Source: Alphaproteobacteria bacterium
GTDB lineage: Bacteria > Pseudomonadota > Alphaproteobacteria > SHVV01
Length of the DNA stretch: 64,000 nt
Direction of reading: 5' to 3'
NCBI GenBank assembly: GCA_965261735.1
Contig: OZ253470.1
Coordinates: forward strand, 544,001-608,000
A program made the position numbers and the translations under genes. This document shows positions 1-8,445 of this stretch, piece after piece. Numbering within the stretch: position 1 is the first letter of the stretch; each line of letters starts with the position of its first letter. The notes below the pieces were generated by a model. That model was not told the DNA's origin, did not search any database, and was given only the letters and a program-made list of their open reading frames with translations.

Positions 1-2
1 CG

Positions 3-770
3 CCCAGCCAACACCGCCACCGCTGCTACGACTGCAAGACCTCGTTTAGCGTCACAGTCGGCACGATCTTTCACCACACGCATATGCCACTGCAAAAGTG
101 GTTCTTGGCGGTCATGCTGATGCTGAACGCCAAGAAGGGCCTGTCCGCCCTTCAGCTATCACGCGATCTCAAGGTCAACAAGAACACGGCATGGCGGATC
201 ACCATGCAGATCCGCAAGGCCATGACGCAAGCCGAACAGCGTGGCTTGCTGACCGGCATCGTGGAAATGGACGAGACCTATGTCGGCGGGAAGCCCAGGA
301 AGGGCACTAAGGGCGATGGCGATGGCGGCAAGCACAAGCCTGGACGCGGCACCAAGAAGGCTCCAGTGATTGGCGCGGTCGAACGTGGCGGCAATGTCAC
401 GGCAAAGGCCGTTGCTAAGGACAAGATGAAGGGCAGGCACATGCGTGCCTTTGTGCGGGATCGCATCGACACATCAAAGGCGAGCCTGATAACGGACGAG
501 TACAAAGCATACCTCGGCATGGCGAAGGTGCTGCCGCACGCCGTCATCAAGCACGCTGACTGGTACGTGGACGGCGACATTCACACAAACACCATCGAGG
601 GGTTTTGGGCTCTGTTGAAGCGCGGCATGTTCGGCCAGTTCCACAGCGTCAGCCGCCGCCACCTGCAACGGTATGTCGATGAGTTCTGCTACCGCTACAA
701 CCTGCGCAAGGCCGATCCATTCGCAGCTTTCGATCTCACCATCAATCGCGGACTGGGAGTGGCACGATGA
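3..770 (+). CDS. IS1595-family DDE transposase, 5'-partial
   Basis: Frame open from nt 3 (CYDC Zn-ribbon half, SVTVGTIF). Motifs VEMDETYVGG, LITDE, HTNTIEGFW, YVDEFCYRYN. Confidence 0.93.
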   Translation, partial: PSQHRHRCYDCKTSFSVTVGTIFHHTHMPLQKWFLAVMLMLNAKKGLSALQLSRDLKVNKNTAWRITMQIRKAMTQAEQRGLLTGIVEMDETYVGGKPRKGTKGDGDGGKHKPGRGTKKAPVIGAVERGGNVTAKAVAKDKMKGRHMRAFVRDRIDTSKASLITDEYKAYLGMAKVLPHAVIKHADWYVDGDIHTNTIEGFWALLKRGMFGQFHSVSRRHLQRYVDEFCYRYNLRKADPFAAFDLTINRGLGVAR

Positions 771-1666
771 CCGAGCCTCTGAAGGTCATTGCCGGAGCGG
801 CGGATCGGCCACTGATCATCGGCGACATCAAGATCGACTGCTATGTGCTCGAAGACGAGACGCGTGTATTGAGCAGAGGCGGGTTTCAATCCGCCTTGGG
901 TCGCCACCGGACTTCACGGAAGCATCAGCAGGATGACGTAGTCAACCTCCCGGCCTTTCTGGCTGCTTCTAATCTAAATCCCTTTGTTTCAAAGGCTTTA
1001 GTGACGGCGTCAACCCCGGTCGAGTTTCTGGCCCCATCTCGCGGTCCAATCGCTTATGGCTATCGAGCGGAGCTACTTCCACAGGTCTGCGAAGTCTACC
1101 TGAAGGCGAGGGAGGCCGGAGCGTTGCTTCCTTCGCAACTCCACATTGCCGCGCAAGCTGAAATTCTGATCCGTGGCCTCGCCACCATCGGCGTCATCGC
1201 ATTAGTCGATGAGGCAACAGGCTACCAGGAAATTCGGGCGCGCCGTGCTCTTGCGACAATCCTTGAGAAGTTCATTGCCGAGGAGCTACAGCCATGGACC
1301 AAGACTTTCCCCATCGAATTCTACTTGGAGATTTGCCGCCTCAAAGGATGGCCGACTGATTTTGCCATTAAGCGTCCTTCTGTAGTTGGTCATTACACAA
1401 ATGATATCGTGTATGACCGTATCGCCCATGGTCTGTTGGCCGAGTTGCGCTCCATAAATCCAGTTCTCCCAGAAGGGTACAGACGGGACAAACATCACCA
1501 ATGGTTCGCCCCGGAGTTCGGCCACCCGAAGCTTAAGGAACATCTGGTCGGTGTTATGGCATTAATGAGGGCCGCACCGACGTTCGGGTGGAATAATTTC
1601 ATGCGGAGCTTGCAGCGCGCATACCCGAAGTTGAACGAAACAATCCCCCTAACGCTGGATGATTGA
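767..1666 (+). CDS. P63C-domain protein (IS passenger)
   Basis: CYVLEDETRVLS, GVIALVDEATGYQ, PWTKTFP, HHQW motifs; ATGA overlap with the transposase. Confidence 0.85.
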   Translation: MTEPLKVIAGAADRPLIIGDIKIDCYVLEDETRVLSRGGFQSALGRHRTSRKHQQDDVVNLPAFLAASNLNPFVSKALVTASTPVEFLAPSRGPIAYGYRAELLPQVCEVYLKAREAGALLPSQLHIAAQAEILIRGLATIGVIALVDEATGYQEIRARRALATILEKFIAEELQPWTKTFPIEFYLEICRLKGWPTDFAIKRPSVVGHYTNDIVYDRIAHGLLAELRSINPVLPEGYRRDKHHQWFAPEFGHPKLKEHLVGVMALMRAAPTFGWNNFMRSLQRAYPKLNETIPLTLDD

Positions 1667-1728
1667 GGGAGATGATCGTGGCTCTAGGGCAAGAGTTTAG
1701 ATCTCGGATGTTTTTGTATAGATTAATC

Positions 1729-2833
1729 CTTGCCTATCCGGTTAACGCCCATGACCGCTACATGTAGGGTGCCGCCACTCTCCCGAGTAAAGCTCGGCAT
1801 AGGTTGGAGCAGAGGTGTCGCCCGCGATGCCGAGCAATGAGCGGAAGGCGTTGAACGGGTAGAACCGCCTGTTGAAGCGGAAGGTGAACTCGTTGAGGTA
1901 GGCTTGTAGGTGCTGGTGGCTAACGCCGTGGTGGATACCGATCAGCCACGTCTTCAGGTTGGCGAAAACCAGATGGATGATCGGCAGGTATTGCTCGGCA
2001 ACCTCTGGATCACCACACTCGGCAACAGCGAAGTGCTCATAGCCGCGCTTACCGAGGCCAGCATAGCCGCTCCAATCGTCAGTAACGATCAGCGATCGCG
2101 GCGCGACGGTGCTCTCGACGAACCCACAGAGCGACTCGGCGCTACGGTCGAGCACGACGGCGAGCCGAACGCGTCCGGCATAGCGTCCGTCTTTCCGGTT
2201 GTCGAGCTTGGTGCCCGGCTTTCGATGACGCACCTCGATGGCACAGGAGACGGGAACCTTGTGGTGAACACCACGGCCTTCCCCACGCGTTCGCCCGCCA
2301 ACCCAGGTTTCGTCCACCTCAACATGGTTCTTGGGCTGTCCACCGATCCTGTCTTGGTTGGGCCGCACCATGCCCGAGCGGAGCTTGTGGAGAATTTGAA
2401 AGGCCGTCTCGTAGCGCGAAAGACCAAGTTGCCGCTGAAACTGCACGGCGGACATGCCGGGCGTCTAACTGGCGACCAGATAAGCGGCCCAGAACCAGAC
2501 GTTCAGCGGAGTGTGGCTACGCTCCATCACTGTTCCCACCGTCAGCCCGGTGTTCTGGCGGCACTTGCGGCAGCGCAGGACGCCAGGGCGGTTTTCAAAG
2601 TGGAACGGCTCTCCCGCCGTGCCGCAGTGCGGGCAGGCAAAGCCGTCTCCCCAGCGGGCTTTCTCCAGGTAGGCGGCGCAGGCCGCATCATCGGGGAAAA
2701 GTCGCTGGAACTCGGGTAGCGAATGCGGGAATGGGAGATCGGCGCGGTCGAGAACATCCATGGCGCGCTCCCCTATATCCGGGTTGCGCCCATTCTAGCC
2801 CTAGTGGGTGTGGGTGTAAACCGGATAGGCAAG
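1729..2833 (-). mobile_element. IS1595-family IS (ISSod11-like ends), 1105 bp
   Basis: TIRs CTTGCCTATCCGGTT at both ends; 8-bp TSD GATTAATC at 1721-1728 and 2834-2841. Confidence 0.93.
1742..2761 (-). pseudogene. IS1595 transposase with one in-frame TAG at 2465-2467
   Basis: Zn ribbon CPHC…CRKC and VEVDETWVGG/TDDW/YLNEFTFRFN lie in the same frame, separated by a single stop (LVAS*TPGMSA). Confidence 0.88.
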
Positions 2834-3050
2834 GATTAATCGTCGCACTGATCATCTTGGCGGTTACCATTTGCGTGTCCGCCGTCTGGCAGAAGATGAT
2901 CTATACAATTCCCGTACTAGCAGTTTTGCTGTTCCTATTTGCGGGCATAAAAGGTCTCGGCAGTAACGCCACTACGCGTAATCTTGACGAAGATTCGCCA
3001 GACATAGACCCCCATGGTGGATAAATAGGACCTTAAACTAGGAAATTCCG

Positions 3051-3573
3051 TTCAAAGATGTTCAACTTGGCCGAGTTGTGGGGCCTGCGCCCGGACGGCT
3101 CGAACCCCTGCCTGCACGTCAAGCGCTACAAGGAGGAGAAGCGTGAGCGGTTCTTGAACGCGGAGGAATTCACCCGGCTTGGCCGGGTTCTTGACGAGAT
3201 TCTGGCGGACGGCTCGGAGACCCGCTCGGCGGTAGCCGCGATCCGTCTCCTGATGCTGACCGGCTGCCGGCTCTCGGAGATCCAAAAGCTGCGCTGGCAG
3301 CATGTCGATCTCGACGCGGGAGAGCTTCGGCTCCCCGACACCAAGACTGGGGGGCGAGCGGTTCCGCTGGCGCCCTCCGCCGTTCGGTTGCTGACCTCCC
3401 TGCCCCGTGATGCGGACAATCCGTGGGTGATCGCGGGCCGCAAACCGGGCTGGCACCTCACCGACCTGCAGCACCCTTGGCGGCGCATCCGTGGACGCGC
3501 CGGACTCGACGACGTGCGCATTCACGACCTCCGTCACAGTTGTGCATCTCTGTCTTACAGCTTGGCTGCTTGA
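3051..3573 (+). pseudogene. Tyrosine recombinase/integrase fragment
   Basis: TGCRLSEI (catalytic R), DTKTG and RIHDLRHS present. N-terminus cut off by the IS; the LLGH…Y C-terminus is absent. Confidence 0.88.
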
Positions 3574-3662
3574 TTGACTATAACATACTGTAACTTATAT
3601 CTTTTTTTACTCGATTTCGCAGCCTCAAAAAAAGCAGATCTCCATTCCGTGTACAAGCGGTC

Positions 3663-3736
3663 ACCGGATTGGACTCAATGGAGGGGGTGACATGTCCACC
3701 CTGAGCTATCATTTTCCGGAATTGGCGATTGGCGCG
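3663..3736. repeat. Degenerate repeat, copy A (continues at 6441 once the introns are removed)
   Basis: ACCGGA-TTGGACTCAATG…GTGACATGTC…CGATTGGCGCG|TAA, similar to 7338-7420. Confidence 0.55.
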
Positions 3737-3775
3737 GCCGGGTAGGAGGGGTCGTTACCGAGCCCCTCCCCCCCA

Positions 3776-5694
3776 GTTGCGGTAGGAATGCGTATTGCTG
3801 CGCACCCCCCGCGCAGATCCGGACGTGGTCGTTGAACCATCCGGCTCCTACCTCGGGTGATTGACGGCAAACCGCTGGTCCGGCCATGGGTGGCGGATGG
3901 AGGCGCGTGACCACAGGATTTCGGTTATGCGCTCCAGTCGCTTCCAACTGAATCGGGCTCGCTGGGACCGCCGGCGTAGCGCCCGCATCCACAGGCGTTG
4001 CAGCCTGCGGTGGAACGCACGGATGAACCGGCCCGACCCCGGGACGGCAAAGTAGTTGAGCCAGCCTTCGCAGACCCGCCCGAGCCACTTTCCGACCTCC
4101 CAGATGTCGTGATGCCAGCGCTTGCGAAGCACCTCATCGATGCGCGCCAGGGTCCTGTTGACCCGTTTGGCGACCGGTTTGCGACCAAGCCGAAAGCGTC
4201 CTCTCCGGGTCGTCGTGCAGTAGTGCGTGAAGCCCAGGAAGTCGAAAGTCTCCGGCTTGCCCACCCCGCGCTGGCGACGGTTCTTCACCGCGAACCGGCC
4301 AAACTCCACGAGGCGGGTCTTGTCCTGGTGGAGGCTGAGACCGAACCGGGCCAGCCTCTCCCGAACGTCGCGGAGATACCGCTCCGCATCCCGCTTGTGT
4401 TGGAACCCGACAACGATATCGTCGGCGTAACGGACGATGATCGCTTCGCCATCCGGGGCGTTCGGGCGCCATTTCTTGTCGAACCACAGGTCGAGTACGT
4501 AGTGCAGGAACACGTTCGCCAAGACGGGGGAAACTACTGCCCCCTGCGGCGTGCCCATGCCCGCGTCTGTCCATGATCCACCGTCCATGACGCCAGCGTT
4601 CAGCCATTTCCGGATCAGGCGGATGACCCGTCTGTCGCCGATGCGGTGCTCAAGGAACGTGATCAACCAATCCCTCGGGATTGTGTCGAAGTACGCCCGT
4701 AGATCCGCGTCGGCTATCCAGCTGACCTTGCGCCGTTCTATCCCGAAGGCCAGGGCATCGAGCGCATCGTGCGCGCCCCGCCCCGGTCGGAACCCGTAGC
4801 TGAAGCCAAGAAACTCCACCTCGTAGATCGGTGTCAGGATCACATCCACAACCGCTTTCTGGACGATCTTGTCCTCCAGCGCCGCGATCCCGAGCGGTCG
4901 TGTTCCGCCGTCCGGCTTGGGTATCTCTACCCGCCGAACCGGCGGCGCCCGGTACGCTCCCCCGCTGTGCAGACGCCGGTGCAGGTCGAGCAAGCGCTCA
5001 TCCAGACCTTCGCCATACATATCCCACGTGATGCCGTCGACACCCGCCGCAGCGTCCCGCTTTAGTGCGTGGAACGCCCGGTGCAGCGCATCCGGCGTGA
5101 TGTGGTGGAAGAGCGCGGTGAGATGTTCCTTCGGGTCTCTCTCCGCAGCTTTCCGTATCCGGGCCGCCGCCTGTGGCACGCTTGCCCGACACTGAGTTCG
5201 GCGCGTGCTTTGGCAATCCGAATTCCCCTTGGTTGAGGCCCTTTCCTCCGGCGACTCCGCAGAAGCTCGCGCTCCCTTGTTCGCCGCCCTCACAGGTCGT
5301 ATGGCCTCATCCGACTTCTTCAAACCGTTCATCATAGGCTTCGGTTTTCTCCATTCCCTACGCGGCCCCTTTACGACATCCGGGGCAGTTTGAAGACCTC
5401 CCAGGGTCCCGACAGAAGGCGTGCGAACGTGCATGGGTTCTCTGACACCGCGGGGCTCGCCGACATCTCACCAAAACGATGCCTGCGATGTTGCCTTCGA
5501 CCGATCTGAAAGCCTCGGCACCCCGGACCATCGCTTTTTCGATGCTCAATAGCCCTGCCCATCCGTACCGCTACCGACGCTTCGCCTGCCCCCTCGCGGG
5601 AGCCGACGCACGGCTCGCGGAGAAACGTGGTTCGGTTACTCCTTCGTTTCGGGGGACTTGCACCCCCTACCTTCTGCCAGTTCGCCTGGCGCAC
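3776..5694 (-). mobile_element. Inner group II intron (class E-like) encoding an RT
   Basis: 5' GTGCG at 5694; DV GAGCCGGATG…CACGTCCGGATC directly after the RT stop; 3' end …CCTACCGCAAC at 3776. Confidence 0.9.
3848..5335 (-). CDS. ltrA: Group II intron reverse transcriptase/maturase, no endonuclease domain (start uncertain)
   Basis: AAGVDG, RRVEIPK…RPLGI, GTPQG, RYADD, FDFLGF, X-domain GWLNYF. Confidence 0.95.
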   Translation of the reverse strand: MMNGLKKSDEAIRPVRAANKGARASAESPEERASTKGNSDCQSTRRTQCRASVPQAAARIRKAAERDPKEHLTALFHHITPDALHRAFHALKRDAAAGVDGITWDMYGEGLDERLLDLHRRLHSGGAYRAPPVRRVEIPKPDGGTRPLGIAALEDKIVQKAVVDVILTPIYEVEFLGFSYGFRPGRGAHDALDALAFGIERRKVSWIADADLRAYFDTIPRDWLITFLEHRIGDRRVIRLIRKWLNAGVMDGGSWTDAGMGTPQGAVVSPVLANVFLHYVLDLWFDKKWRPNAPDGEAIIVRYADDIVVGFQHKRDAERYLRDVRERLARFGLSLHQDKTRLVEFGRFAVKNRRQRGVGKPETFDFLGFTHYCTTTRRGRFRLGRKPVAKRVNRTLARIDEVLRKRWHHDIWEVGKWLGRVCEGWLNYFAVPGSGRFIRAFHRRLQRLWMRALRRRSQRARFSWKRLERITEILWSRASIRHPWPDQRFAVNHPR

Positions 5695-6694
5695 CAGACC
5701 CGAGCGTGCGCGATTGACGCACTCGGTTCCTCACCTGCCAGGTTCGCTCAGGATGCTTATGCTCCCTCGCCTGTTCGGCTATCCACTGCTGTTTCGTGTA
5801 CGTGTTGGTGGAACTCAGCGTTTCCTCCAGCGTTTCCCATCAGTGGGTCTGTGCAGATGACGCTCCGCTTCCCTCGAGCGGGTCCCGATGGCCACGGTTC
5901 CCCGCCTTCAGCGGTACTATCAGAGCGCTACGACTTCCTGCTCCTGCATGTCCTTCGGCTTATTGATTTCGCCAGCCGGCTCCGCAGGCGTCTGCCGGGG
6001 TTCGTGTTCGCCAAGGCGCTCCCGCCGCCATGCAGACCTGACGACGGGCCGGGGTCTGGATTGTTCACACTGGCCGTCCCCTTTCCAGCGATCTTGCCCA
6101 CGGGCAAGAGCAGGATCTCCCAGGTTCCCTGGCGGTCCATCCCGTGACTTTGCGCCGGTCCACGACCCCGGACGTCCCGTTGCGCCTCGCCATTAGCGGC
6201 GCTTCCGGTGCTGCCCACACACGATTAACAATGAAGGCGTCATCATTTACGATTTCGAGGCTTACCGCGGCGCTTCATCACCTGCTGTCTACGCTTCACG
6301 ACGGGCGTTGCCGCACGCCATGCAAGACTCGCTTCCGGCTGGCGGGCTGCGCCTTTGCCGGGCGGGAGTCGTACCCGCTGGATCGCTACGAGAGGTTTCA
6401 GCTCATGTCATCCTCCTCTCCAGGGCTTTCCCTGGCGCAATAATCGTTCGCTCAGACCGTGGAGAACCGAATTGGCGGAGGCAGGAAATATGCAGGGCAA
6501 TATCTTGAGTAAGTTGCGCGGTTCAGAGATCAGTGCGCAGAAGTCGTCACAGGCGTCGTCGTGTCAAGCCGCTTCGCGGCTCCTTCCCTCTCTGCGCAGG
6601 CACTGAATGCCTCGGTCGACCGCGCCATATGAATCGCGCGCTCGCAAAACATCAGACGGCTGAGATCTGGGCTCTGATCGATGTCCTTCTGGTA

Positions 6695-7333
6695 TCAATC
6701 TGATTCTGATTCCTGTGACAACCAATACTCGACGTGGTGATCGGTAAAAAAGAGCTTGACGATTTCCCCGGTGCCGGAGATCGCGAATTCGATTTGCCAG
6801 CCAGTGACGTGCGAGGCCTCGTCGAAGCAGATGGACATTTGCTTCGGACTGTCCCGAAGAGCGGCGGTGACGCCAGCACGGGTGAATTGTCGTCCGTAGT
6901 TGTCGTGATGTAGTTTGCACAGCAGTATCAGATTCCCAGCGTGGCGCACGGCACCGGCCGACACCAGATCGGTATGATGCGCGTGGACGACGCTCTGACG
7001 CACTTCCTCCGACTCAATGTAGCTGCCGACTGGCGCCAACTCGCCGGGCGGATGTTCGCACAGGCACATCTGGCAATGGCTTGCATAGTGGTCGTGCTTT
7101 AGCTCCTCAATATGCTTCTTCTCAAGCTCAGGAGTTTGTCTACGGCCGTCGTCCCCGCCCGAGCCCTGTGAACCGGACTGTCCCTTGGAGCCTCGCGACC
7201 GTCCCGTTGATTCATTTGAGATGGGACCGGGTTTGGGCCTATTGCGCTCCGGATCGGGCGTGAAGGGAGAGTGACCGCCTCCCGCTTCTCCAAGCCCAGC
7301 GCCCTCACAGATTGACCGAATTGCCTTCCGTAA
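6695..7333 (-). pseudogene. 5'-truncated protein with C-terminal HNH nuclease domain
   Basis: Frame open from 7333 with no ATG until inside the domain; CQMC…HAHH…GNLILLCKLHH. Confidence 0.65.
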
Positions 7334-7337
7334 TCAT

Positions 7338-7420
7338 ACCGGAACTGGATTCAATGCAATTCGCGACGTGACATGTCACGTCCATCGCATGATTTCGCCG
7401 AGTCTCCCGATTCGCGCGTA
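7338..7420. repeat. Degenerate repeat, copy B, with a perfect 18-bp palindrome GACGTGACATGTCACGTC (7365-7382)
   Basis: Visual alignment with 3663-3736 plus 6441. Confidence 0.55.
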
Positions 7421-8445
7421 ACGCCATTCGGGCGCCCGGAACGCGCCATCTCTACGAGTAAATTCAACTGTCGAGTTACCACTCGGAGTCGACCGCGATC
7501 TCGCGAGGGGTCTTGCCCGCGAGCACACCTTCGCGGGCCACGGTCCACAGGTCGCGCGCGGGTGAGATCCGCCGGCAGATCGAGCCCGAACGGAAGCACC
7601 AGCGCGAGCCCGTCCGCGTTCTGGTAGAAGCGCTCGCCTTCGGCGAGCCTCAGCCCCGCGAGCCGTCCGCCCGCGTCGCGCACCAACGGCACTGACTAAA
7701 ACGGGGAGGCCAGGCCGTCCCCCTCCTGCGGACTTCCTCCCAGACGAGCAACCCCAGCGCGCCGCGGTCGGCGATCGACTGTACACGCACCGTGCCCAGC
7801 GCGGTCTCGTGCGCCGGGCCCGCCCGCTGTGCGTGGTCGGTTGCATAGCCGGGGTGCGCCTGAGAAAGCGCCACTCCCGCACTGAGCCGGTCATCGCCTA
7901 TCCTGCGACTCAATAGCACAGGAGCACCGCCTGGTCCCACTGCCCAGCTCCCCGCTTCGGTCTCGCTGCCAACCCTGTCAGCGTGCAACGCTACTAGACC
8001 GGGGCCCGCCCCTCATCCGACCAACTCCGGCTTTACACCAAAGCGGGCAGCGTAGAACCTGTCCGGCTGCCGCATCCGATTCCAAGATCCCTCCCCAACG
8101 ACTATCCACCCCGCACATCTGCTTCGCGTCTCGACTTCTCACCGTAAGACTGGGAGAGCCAACGCATCCAGGACATGCCACATTTTGTCGGAACAATTCA
8201 TGATATCAATGGGTTATCCGCCCATGCGTTACCAACTCACCGCCATCCCGTCCGTCTTGATCTCAGTCCAGCACCCTTCGCGGTTGCCAATCCAGCAAGG
8301 AAGTGAAACCATCTCATGCTGCGCGACATGAGTGACTTCACACCATTGGGAGGGGAATTCTAATGAAGGCTTCGTGGCTGCCCCTCCTGGCAATTCGGCC
8401 CTCTTCGTTCGTCTCCAGTCCCAGTGTTCGATCGGATACCGAGGC

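Larger units (their letters stand above)
1672..3024 (+). pseudogene. Small membrane protein (79 aa) split by the nested IS
   Basis: Joining 1672-1728 to 2842-3024 restores one frame (…MFLYRLI|VALIILAVTICV…) with two hydrophobic segments; RBS-like GAGGGAG upstream. Confidence 0.65.
1..3050 (+). mobile_element. IS1595-family transposon with passenger genes; left end outside window
   Basis: Transposase followed by passengers. Right end reads CGGAATTT on the - strand at 3050 (CGGnnTT, ISNha5-like), and the integrase frame resumes immediately after it. Confidence 0.65.
3737..6440 (-). ncRNA. Outer group II intron, ORF deleted
   Basis: 5' TTGCGCCAGG at 6440. EBS1 UAAUCGU (6221-6227) pairs with exon ACGATTA (6441-6447). 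DV at about 5697-5729; DVI ends CCTACCCGGC at 3737. IEP N-terminal remnant (EETLSSTNTYTKQQWIAEQAREH) only. Confidence 0.82.

Noticed and set aside
2465-2467. Stop-codon recoding in the transposase
   Set aside because: TAG ends other genes here normally; a CAG→TAG mutation or sequencing error is simpler.
3848-5434. RT as a retron, DGR or defence RT
   Set aside because: Intron boundaries, DV/DVI and a maturase domain identify a group II intron.
5479-6443. Plus-strand ORFs over the intron region
   Set aside because: Antisense to structured intron domains; no protein motifs.
7430-8330. Short ORFs between repeat B and the SMC gene
   Set aside because: They look like frameshifted debris; no family recognisable.
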